Positions 51,423 to 62,141 of a DNA stretch of 64,000 bases are shown here, in pieces. Both the position numbers and the translations under genes were made by a program. Location: positions 91,822,001 through 91,886,000 of the forward strand of contig NW_026262690.1 in assembly GCF_021869535.1 (NCBI RefSeq), in the 5' to 3' direction. Every line of letters starts with the position of its first letter. Positions within the stretch are counted from its first letter, which is position 1. A model generated the notes under the pieces. That model was given only the letters and a program-made list of their open reading frames with translations, was not told the DNA's origin and searched no databases. This DNA comes from Mytilus californianus (lineage: Eukaryota).

Positions 51423-52826
51423 CAATTGTGCTGATTTGTAACATAGAAGTAACAGTAACTTTAATCAAGGTGACAGTAGTTTACCGATGTTCAAATCTAG
51501 CAAAATTGATCAGGAAGAGACAATCAAGGTAACAAACAGAAACTGAGGGAATCGCTTGAACTCCAACAGAGTCAGCGTCTCCCTCTATGCATGCATCATC
51601 CGCAATGCGAATTTACACTCAGTAAAATATTACATTCGGAAATACACAACAATCGGTAAAAGACTAGGTTCACGAAGGGCCCATATTGGCCCTAAAATTC
51701 TGTAAAATTCAATCTTAGTAATACAAATAATAATTTGATGACAAGATATCGAAAAATATCTGACAAATACAAAACAATCAGCTATGAAGCATTAGAATAA
51801 TTGTGATGTCATTATGATAGCACAAGTGTGCACCTTAATGAAGAAAATCGTAATTTTGACAGATTTTTGCCTAAATTTTAATACTTTTTGTATGAAACAA
51901 ATTTTGCTACATGCAAGGACCACCATGATTTTTTTTTTAGGGTGTGTATATGACCTATATACATATTTTTATAATGATTTTTTATTGTGATCAAAGGGTG
52001 CTACCAATGTTTTTTTTGCTGATGGAAATATACCTTACAAATGCGTATAAATATGTAAATTGGCCAAAAAATAGTAAAATATCATACTTTTGAAGCTGTC
52101 AACATTGTTAAAACAAGCAGCAATCAACAAAAGTGTCCAGTTTATTCATATTTGCATATTAAGGATCCCAAATATAGGTTTTCACATGTAGTATTACAAA
52201 GATTGATTTTTAGGGCCAATCTCAGGCCTTCGTGGCCATGTTCATTTTCACATGAATGCTATAAAAACATGATAACACTGGCTTTTCTGGCACTATAGAT
52301 TTAATGAGATATCTTATGTTATTTACATTACATATATCTCTTAACCATTATCTTCAATTGTAAAATTTCGAAGAAGAGGTTGGTTTCAACTGCTGCAGCA
52401 CTGTACTAAAAAGAAGGCGTTTTACAAATATGCTTTAAAATTTTAAATGTATTTTTTAACCTTTAGTCCCTTTTCAAAACTTTGAAAACTGCAATACCAG
52501 AGTACAAGAAATAGATAACAAAATCGCTAGCATAAGATTTTCAAGAGAAATGAGAAATGTTTTAAAAACATTGTTTAATAATAAGATATTGTTTGTAACT
52601 TTTATTGTTCATTTTTGTTAACTATAACTCCGTTATTTAAGAGATAAGTAATTTTCCTTTTTTGTATGTGTTTTTTTTTATTATTAACGTTTTGTTAAAC
52701 AATTGGTCGAGATTAAAATTTGGATGGTCTTTTATCTAGTTATCTTAGAGCATCAAACTAGGATTAAAAATAAAATACAACATAGTCAACTACAAATGTT
52801 ATAATCGCAACTTCTTTTCCCCACAG

Positions 52827-52901
52827 GTACGATGGAAAACCTTACTGAAGACTCCATCAAAGCAGTCAAGCTTGCCACTGGAATTAAGGACATGCTAAAC
52901 G
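52827..52901 (+). CDS. FReP exon 3 (TMENLTEDSIKAVKLATGIKDMLN)
   Basis: cttcttttccccacag acceptor, GTTTGT donor, 75 bp phase 1-1. Confidence 0.8.
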
Positions 52902-54643
52902 GTTTGTGTAATTCCTTTCCATTTAATCATATAACTAATTACTACTTGATGTTTTTTAGGTTTGGCAAAACGTCTGTTCTCCTGTACACTTAATTTTTAT
53001 TTAAATCTAATCATTTATTTCTTTGTAAATTATGCGTGTTGTCTGCTTTGTTATAATTATTCATCTCCTTATTTTGAAAGTGTCTTATTCCCCCTCAAAT
53101 CCCCATTAAAACTGATTGCTACAGCCTAAATTATCATTTTTTCTGATGGGGATCTTGATGGGTACACTACTTCATACGAAATGCAAACCAGTTTTTAGCA
53201 ATATTTACTTAGCAGATTCACACATATGACAGTACATGGCATAGGGGTTGAACATAGGTAAAAGAACATAACGCACAGATTAAGGCGAAAGTAGTTTACC
53301 AATGTTCAAATCTTGTAAATCGATGAGAAAAATCAATGCAACAAACTTAAAATAAATTAATCTCATGAACTTCAAAAAGAGTAATCACCCCGGGTATGCA
53401 TGCATCATCTGCCATGCAAACCCACACAAATTCAGAATATCACAAAATGGTCAGTTTTACTGTGCGTTTTGATTTGTGTTTGTTTAATCTACATTGGCTA
53501 GATGTATAGGGGGAGGGTTGAGATCTTACAAAACATGTTTAACCCCGTCGCATTTTTGCGCCTGTCCCAAGTCAGGAACCTTTGGCCTTTGTTAGTTTTG
53601 TATATTTTTTTAACTTTTGGTTCATTTATACATATGTTCCGGGTGCGAGATTTTCTCGTTGTGTTGAAGATCCATTGGTGGCCTTGAGCTGTTTTCTGTT
53701 CTGTGGTCGGGTTGTTGTCTCTTTGACACATTCCCCGTTTCCATTCTCAATTTTAAGGTTACAGATCAGACTACTACACTGGTATCAGAAGATCTATGAG
53801 CAACATACTTCAATTTTGTGTCCTACAAATGCTTAAAAAGAATCAATACATATTTATATCCAGCTCAATATTGATTAACAAAGCATATGACTACCTCCGT
53901 AAAATTAGGAACAAGCGGTCAGTTTCGTGATTGGAAAACTATACTAGAAAGGTCTAATTTGCTTTAAAAATTTAAATGTGGAAAGGAACACCTTAGAATA
54001 TTCTAAACGGTTCCTTTATTTCTTTTTTTATTAAAACAATGTTATTAATAAAATATTAGTTTATGTAAAAAGTCTGTTTTCCTGTATATTACGTAAGTTT
54101 TAAATCTTAATCTTTTGGGTTTTTTGTTGATAATAGGTATGTGTTTGTATAGCGATGGCCAAAATAGCTGTGAGAAGATGGAAAAAGAGACGCAGAAGGT
54201 CACTTCAGGTATTAAATACATAAACTTATCAACACTGAGAGTAGTGCACACAGTAAAAGATATATTCATATGAAATATGTATATTTACATTAAAATGTTT
54301 AAATGAAATCCGAATTCCTTAAAGTATATTTAGTTTTATTAGTTCTTTTGGTGTATTATTTTATACTAAAAAAACTACAACAAATCTATTTTTCTGTTCC
54401 TTTTTTTTTTCTTGTTTTGTTAGTATTGATTCGAAGGTAAACATTGTCACCTAGAAATTAAATGCTCGCAGACTAAAAAAAATACAGTTATTAATTATCT
54501 CTTACTTAACGGATAACAAATCTTCATTCTAATTTATGCATTTTAAAATATTGAACATATGGGTAAATAGCAATTTATATTTCGATTCAGTCAGTTTATT
54601 TTTTTGTTTTACTCTTATAGTACATGTTTATTTAATTATTTAG

Positions 54644-54703
54644 AAATGGATTCGATCAAAGAAAAACTTGACAAAATACTGGGTATTGTTAGTGATATAA
54701 AAT
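54644..54703 (+). CDS. FReP exon 4, coiled-coil-like (EMDSIKEKLDKILGIVSDIK)
   Basis: TTTAG acceptor, GTAAGT donor, 60 bp phase 1-1. Confidence 0.8.
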
Positions 54704-55058
54704 GTAAGTAGAAAATTTGGCATTTTGTAAAAAGGAGAACTTTTCATCATAAAAAGGACGCGTACGATCCAAAAAGTAGCTTCAGCTATTCATAAAATGA
54801 TATGTTGTTGAAATAAAGACTGTAATCACCAAATTCAAATTAATCTATCACTGTGGAAATACCAATGAATTATTGTAAATCCTGAATCAAAAAAATAAAA
54901 TATCGCCTGTTTTGAAAAATGTGTGAATTTCTTCAAGTAAATCCATTTCCACGAAAAAGGTAATCGAAATTCTGACAAAAATGTTGCACATAAAGAATTC
55001 TGTTAGAAAGAGTTCAAAGGTATAAAATTAATTCTAAATGTCTATATGTTTTATCAAG

Positions 55059-55184
55059 ACAATAGCCATGGAATTTTGCAAAAAGAATGTAAAGATATCA
55101 CAAACAGAGTCCCTGTATTAGAAACAGTTTACCCTTGATGGTTACAGAAATGTGTCTGTGCAATGTGAGGAAGGAGGATGGACT
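55059..55184 (+). CDS. FReP exon 5, start of fibrinogen-related domain, carrying an apparent +1 frameshift
   Basis: NSHGILQKECKDITNRVPVLETV in one frame and TLDGYRNVSVQCEEGGWT|GTAAGT in another; the first frame stops at TGA 55136, the second has TAG at 55119. Confidence 0.75.
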
Positions 55185-55574
55185 GTAAGTATATTAGAAT
55201 GGCTTGTAGGTGTAAAAGAAAAATCGTTTGAAACCATGTTGCTACTTTTTCCTTTTTCTATTCATTGTTGTCATTATTGCTTTATTTCATTATTGATATT
55301 AGTAGTTTAAGTAGTAGTAATGGTGGTAATAGAGATTCACAATAACTGTATGACACCGACCGGACTCCGAATACAAACAAGAATAAAACTGGAAAAATAC
55401 GGGGCTATCTCAAAATTCTAAAGCATTATAGGCTTCTATACATAAATGCCTCCTAGGTGTTCCCATGACTTTTTTTTTGTAGTATTTAAGATCACTAAAT
55501 ACATGTTCAACGGAAACTAGATATTTTGTTATAAGTCTTTGAGTTTTATGTTTTACTAACTGAAGTATAACTTT

Positions 55575-55878
55575 ATGCTCCTCCGACGATAGTAGAGGGG
55601 CATTAGGTTTTTCGGTCTGTGTGTCCGTTCGTTCGTTCGTCCGTCCGTTCATCCGTCCGTCCGTCCGTCTGTCCCGCTTCAGGTTAAAGTTTTTGGTCAA
55701 GGAAGTTTTTGATGAAGTTGAAGTCCAATCAACTTGAAACTTAGTACACATGTTTCCTATGATATGATCTTTGTAATTTTAATGCCAAATTAAAGTTTTT
55801 ACCCCAATTTCACGGTCCACTGAACATAGAAAATGATAGTTCGAGTGGGACATCCGTGTACTATGGACACATTCTTGG
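55575..55878 (-). mobile_element. Short HINE/DINE-1-like element, inverted relative to 51108-51422
   Basis: (CGTT/CGTC)n tract and reverse complement of the conserved block. Confidence 0.7.
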
Positions 55879-58611
55879 GTTGTTTTTTTTTATCTCAAGC
55901 GTATTTCGACCACTACCCCCTATCACAAACACACTCATGTGGCCTGTTAATTGTCAATCTCATTAACTTGTTGGATTATCGTTATTTTATTTTTTTTATT
56001 CCACTTGCAGTTCTAAAATCCAACCTGTCTTCCCTGGAGGACCAAGTTTGTCACATAGCTTTGTTAGGTTTATTAAGAATAGTATTTTTAAATCTATATT
56101 CAACTAGTTGAAAGTTAGCTTTATAGCATGATTATTTGAACTGCCTCTATGTAGTTAATGATTTAAATGCACGATTTTTTGGATATTCCTATTTCCTAAT
56201 TTAGGAGAACAACTGATGTCGACAATAAACTATAAGCCTGTAGAAATATCAGTAAGGGCAGATGATTTGTTCATTGGATGTCTCCATAGTGTCCCGAATA
56301 CTTTTTAGCGCTTCAATTCGCAAATTCGTTTGTATGGAGTCATTATATTATATAGGATATCGATTTGAATAAATTTTGTCTGCTAACAAAAAAAATGTCA
56401 TCGGAAAATCCTATTCCTTACCTATTATAGTTGCATTAGCAAAACATGTTAGGTCTGGTTCTGGTGTCCTAGGAAACCATATTGATTATAGCATGTATCA
56501 CATAAAGGGATGACAACAATTAAAATAAAGACGAGAAACGAGACGAAGTCGTCTCTAATCTTTCCAATGACGAGAGTGAAGATGACGACGCAGCAGCAGA
56601 CGACGACTCTGTCAATCCACATTCGCCACCGGAGGTTAACTATACTCTCTCCTAAACCAACGCTAGCACCAAAAGAGGCTGCAAACATGGATGCAGTGAC
56701 ATAAGTGTTGCCATCACATAGAAAACAAAAGTTGATTCGACAATAAGATTGATTGCTTGATTGATTGATGTTTGCTCAACGTCCAGTGGGAAATATTTCA
56801 TGCATGTTCAGACAATAACAAATAAATACAATAAATACAATAAGTAGGTCCTGTAATAGAGACTGTCCCGGATGAATGGAGGGGGAATTTTGACTGGCAC
56901 TGGAAAATGAGGTTATATGGATAGGAAAAGGAATTTTGCCTTCCAACAGGCCACCTACGGACACCTCAAAGAGTTGTTGTAATGTTTCTTAACATGTAGA
57001 GAGCGCGGCACTCTCCCTGTCACCCTTAGGTAATCAACAAGTAGAACAAAAAATAGATAGAATTCACAAATTCACCAATAAAAAAAATCAAAACCAATGA
57101 GAGCACTTGGTGTTTCTAGCTCAGATTACAAATAAAAAATTATATAAAACCAATTACAGAATTTATATGTTTTACCTCCTCATGACATTCTGCTACGGTC
57201 TCTCTATTTGTTTAGTCAGTGTATGTATCGTTGTAGGTATAAGTTTTCGTGTAGACAACTTTTCGAAATTATTTTATAGTAGTGGTAGTAGTAGTATTTA
57301 TTTGTTTCATTATTTCTTTTCTTGTTGTGAAGGTGAAAATTATTTACGCTATTATACAGTATGTATTAAATATTTTGTTATCATCATTAGTATTGTTTTT
57401 CACAAGTAGATTCGGCGAACTTAAACCATGAACTTTGAATCCATTTAGATGGCCAACATTAAGACACCTCGTGTGAAACTAATGTATCACTTTTATTACT
57501 TTTGTTACCGTGTAGACCCCAAATACTCATAAAACTGTAAAGGTTATTATCTAACTGATATATAATTTTTCAACTCAAGCTAACATTAAGGTTCAGATTA
57601 TTATAAAAAAAAGAGTTCAGGAAGACATTGATGCCCATATATACAGACCAATTACAGCAAAAATCTGGCCAAACTATTATCATGGGTCGCAATTGAAAAA
57701 ATGTATGACTCGATTGCCAAATTAAGGAATTATTATTAGCTATCGAAATAAATGAGTGGTTAAACAAATTTGTATTGGTTGCCGACCGCCATCTCGATTG
57801 TTAATGTAATAAGTTCTGCGCTGACAAATCGATGTCATAAGTAGGAGTTATACGATCGGAAAGCATAGTGTATTTAAACACATGTGGTCATTTTTATTCT
57901 TCTAGTCTTATACTGAATATTTGTCTCTTTGGTAATCATATCACAGCCTTTTTTCATACTATATTAAACTGCACATTAAGACCGAACGTGACAGCGTAAT
58001 TATATTTCCAGCACTAAAACTGAGCCTCTTTGTGAGTACAAAACTGCATGCAAAAATGCAAACTTGTATTCACCAATATTTAATAAAACACACCAATATC
58101 ATGCTGAATACAGCATAGTGATTAATAAGTGACTTAAGCAGGTAGACAAAGTTAACGGAGCAAAATTCTTAAAAATTACTGGTATAATTGTATCAGTCAT
58201 ATATATTCTATATTCTAAGATTCTAAGTAGCATATACTTTGGTTAATTCTGTGTGTTATGAATCCTTGAAAAGTATAGATTAAATTGACTATAACTTACT
58301 CATTATAGATTTAAAGTGTGGGTTCCTGAGCCTAAGTCTACCTCCTTAACATTACAATCACGTGGTCTGTTTCATTTTTTTGTTATACTAGAATGTTAAC
58401 ATTTTATACTTGGTATATGAAGTATACTGAAATTCATAAGCTAATTTTCAAAAATTATTTTTAAATTCATTAGTTCTATTTCAGAAACTGTATTCAAATT
58501 CATTAGCTACATTTCAGAAATAATATTCAAAATCATTAGCTACATTGACAACAGAAACACAATCGAATTGGTTCATATGGGCAATACGGTATTTCTATTT
58601 TTATGTGTTAG

Positions 58612-58708
58612 GTTATTCAAAAACGGTATGATGGTAGTGTTGAATTCCACAGAAATTGGAATGATTATGAAAACGGATTTGGAAACATACATGAGGAGTT
58701 TTGGTTAG
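58612..58708 (+). CDS. FReP exon 6 (VIQKRYDGSVEFHRNWNDYENGFGNIHEEFWLG)
   Basis: Canonical fibrinogen C-domain motif GGWT|VIQxRxDGSxxFxRxWxxYxxGFGxxxxEFWLG; AG/GTAAG splice sites; remaining exons lie beyond the window. Confidence 0.95.
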
Positions 58709-59189
58709 GTAAGACAAATATGATCTTAATATATCAATTTCATTTTTTTTCTGATTTAGATTAAAATGTTCGTAATACAGCGTTTTACCAGTAAATGCAC
58801 ATCCTTGTTTTAAAGAACTTGTAAGCCAGTCATAACATTTTAATGCAGGCTGTAAAACATAATACACAGAGTTCATCATATTCTGAAAAAATTCTGTGTA
58901 TCAAACATATTGTGTTCTTTCATTCCTTTAGTTTGTGGATAATACTGACCTTTAGTTAAAATATTCGTGATAACATTTCGGTCATCAGCTTCATGGAACA
59001 CACATATTTTTAATATTTATAAAAAAAGAATGCTGTCGTTTATATGTGCTTCGACAAGTTAAACATTCATTAAATAAAGGCAACAGTAGTATATCGCTGT
59101 TCAATAGTCATAAATCGATTAAGCGAAAACAAACCGGGTTACAAACTAAAACGGAGAAAAAACAGAAATTCACTTATACGTATTTACTA

Positions 59190-59995
59190 TGCTTTTATTG
59201 GAGTATGGTGATGTTGTTTGGGGCAATTGCTCTCAGCACGAGTCCTAGCTTCTTGAAAAATATTCAAAGAGAAGCTGCTAGAATTATTACCGGACTACGT
59301 CGTAATTCCTCAAGACAAAAACTGTATATTGAATTAGGATTAGAAACTCTGGAGAATAGACGAAATAAACATTAGCTTCAACTGTTTTATAAAATATTAA
59401 ATGGGATGACCCCTGCATACTTATATGAGTTAGTCCAGCCATATTTTCCCAGACAAGCCCCTTATACTTTGAGGAATGAAAATAATACATTTCATCCCCC
59501 ACTTTCTAGAACTAGCTTTTACTTATATAGTTTCATATTTTCCATCATAACACTTTGGAATGGTTTTTCTCTAAGTATACAAAAAACCCCAAGTTTATGT
59601 ATATTTAGGGTGGACTAGACAAATTTTATAGGACTGATGAAATATTTGAACCTTTCAACTATGGGATAAGGAAACATAATATTAGTTAGTCATTGCTGAC
59701 TTAGAAACAATGCTTGCAACTTAAAAATCTCATTTGTTTGATTAATTCTTATCAGAGAACACTATTTGTTCAAACTGTAATAATCCTGTTGAGGATAACC
59801 AGCTTTTTTTTATTTGCCCTAAGAACAATGATATAAGACAGATCTTACTTGATTCCATTTATTCAATTATTGATAATGTTGACATAAATTTTGATATATT
59901 ACTTTTTGTAAACAGATTATTTTCGTACGATATTAATATTAATATATTTAAATCTGTTCAGAAGTATATCAGTGACACTAACCGTATTGTTTGAA
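59190..59995 (+). mobile_element. 5'-truncated, decayed LINE (CR1/L2-like RT C-terminus) in FReP intron
   Basis: LLEYGDVVWGNCS, IQREAARIITG, LENRRNKH*LQLFYKILNGMTPAYL, Cys-knuckle remnant CSNCNNPVED..FFICP, terminal FKSVQKYISDTNR; contains stops and frameshifts. Confidence 0.85.
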
Positions 59996-60480
59996 ATTTA
60001 TTTTTGAAATTTTGTTTTATTTAGTGTTTATGTTTCTTTTCGTTTCTTTTTGGTTTTTTTTTCAACATTGATTCATTTGATAAGCTTAGTGTCTCTTCCA
60101 AACCTTATATATATATATATATATATATACAAGTCTAAATTGAAAACAACGTTCAAATCTATGATTGCGTTGGATAAAAACCGCAATTTTTATACGTGTG
60201 CATGCAAAACAAATTTCTTGTTAGAGGGGTCTAAATACAGCACAAACAACATTTTCCAAAAGACCAAAAGAGTGAAAAAGTATATTTTAACAAAACGCAT
60301 TTGACTAACAGGTCGAACAACAAATGTTCTTAAACCCTGCTGACTGCCATTGGCGATTGCCAAATAAACGGATCACCGATGTAATAAATGGATCTTAAAT
60401 ATAAATTTAATACTAAACAGAAAACAATAAACTTGCGGAAAAGATGTTATACCGCAAACAAAAGGTGCAAAGGTTTTTGT

Positions 60481-60524
60481 ACACCATATCCGGATTTCGA
60501 CAATTAATGTCTCTTCAGTGATGT
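60481..60524 (-). ncRNA. Type I hammerhead ribozyme, array unit 1 (also intact at 61020-61063, 61559-61602, 62637-62680, 63176-63219)
   Basis: - strand ACATCA-CTGAAGA-GACA TTAAT TGTC-GAAA-TCCGGA-TA|TGGTGT; predicted cleavage between 60487 and 60486. Confidence 0.85.
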
Positions 60525-62097
60525 TAGGAATCGAAACGGTATTTGGAAAGCCATACAATTTACCTCAATTTAGGATAGACTCTTGAATTTTAAGGAGTCA
60601 AAATAGGATGAACGGATCATATAAACCCGAAGGCAAATATAATACAAGCCCAAACGAAAAAATATAAACAAGTCTAAATTGAAAACAACGTTCAAACCTA
60701 TGATTGCGTTGGATAAAAACCGCAATTTTTATACGTGTGCATGCAAAACAAATATCTTGTTAGAGGGGTCTAAATACAGCACAAACAACATTTTCCCAAA
60801 GACCAAAAGAGTGGAAAAGTATATTTTAACAAAACGCATTTGACTAACAGGTCGAACAACAAATGTTCTTAAACCCTGCTGACTGCCATTGGCGATTGCC
60901 AAATAAACGGATCACCGATGTAATAAATGGATCTTAAATATAAATTTAATACTAAACAGAAAACAATAAACTTGCGGAAAAGATTTTATACCGCAAACAA
61001 AAGGTGCAAAGGTTTTTGTACACCATATCCGGATTTCGACAATTAATGTCTCTTCAGTGATGTTAGGAATCGAAACGGTATTTGGAAAGCCATACAATTT
61101 ACCTCAATTTAGGATAGACTCTTGAATTTTAAGGAGTCAAAATAGGATGAACGGATCATATAAACCCGAAGGCAAATATAATACAAGCCCAAACGAAAAA
61201 ATATAAACAAGTCTAAATTGAAAACAACGTTCAAACCTTTGATTGCGTTGGATAAAAACCGCAATTTTTATACGTGTGCATGCAAAACAAATTTCTTGTT
61301 AGAGGGGTCTAAATACAGCACAAACAACATTTTCAAAAAGACCAAAAGAGTGGAAAAGTATATTTTAACAAAACGCATTTGACTAACAGGTCGAACAACA
61401 AATGTTCTTAAACCCTGCTGACTGCCATTGGCGATTCCCAAATAAACGGATCACCGATGTAATAAATGGATCTTAAATATAAATTTAATACTAAACAGAA
61501 AACAATAAACTTGCGGAAAAGATGTTATACCGCAAACAAAAGGTGCAAAGGTTTTTGTACACCATATCCGGATTTCGACAATTAATGTCTCTTCAGTGAT
61601 GTTAGGAATCGAAACGGTATTTGGAAAGCCATACTATTTACCTCAATTGAGAATAGACTCTTGAATTTTAAGGAGTCAAAATAGAATGAACGGATCATAT
61701 AAACCCGAAGGCAAATATAATACAAGCCCAAACGCAAAAATATAAACAAGTCTAAATTGAAAACAACGTTCAAACCTATGATTGCGTTGGATAAAAACTG
61801 CAATTTTTATACGTGTGCATGCAAAACAAATTTCTTGTTAGAGGGGTCTAAATACAGCACAAACAACATTTTCCAAAAGACCAAAAGAGTGAAAAAGTAT
61901 ATTTTAACAAAACGCATTTGACTAACAGGTCGAACAACAAATGTTCTTAAACCCTGCTGACTGCCATTGGCGATTGCCAAATAAACGGATCACCGATGTA
62001 ATAAATGGATCTTAAATATAAATTTAATACTGAACAGAAAACAATAAACTTGCGGAAAAGATGTAATATCGCAAACAAAAGGTGCAAAGGTTTTTGT

Positions 62098-62141
62098 AAA
62101 CCATATCCGGATTTTGACAATTAATGTCTCTTCAGTGATGT
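62098..62141 (-). ncRNA. Hammerhead with G12A core mutation, unit 4 (same in unit 7, 63715-63758)
   Basis: + strand ATTTTGAC instead of ATTTCGAC, so the - strand reads AAAA instead of GAAA. Confidence 0.8.

Noticed and set aside
60527-60539. GTTTCGATTCC on the - strand as a Pol III B box
   Set aside because: Extra T relative to consensus, no A box at suitable spacing, and a similar TTTCGATTC precedes the 23.66 kb hammerhead, so more likely a structural loop
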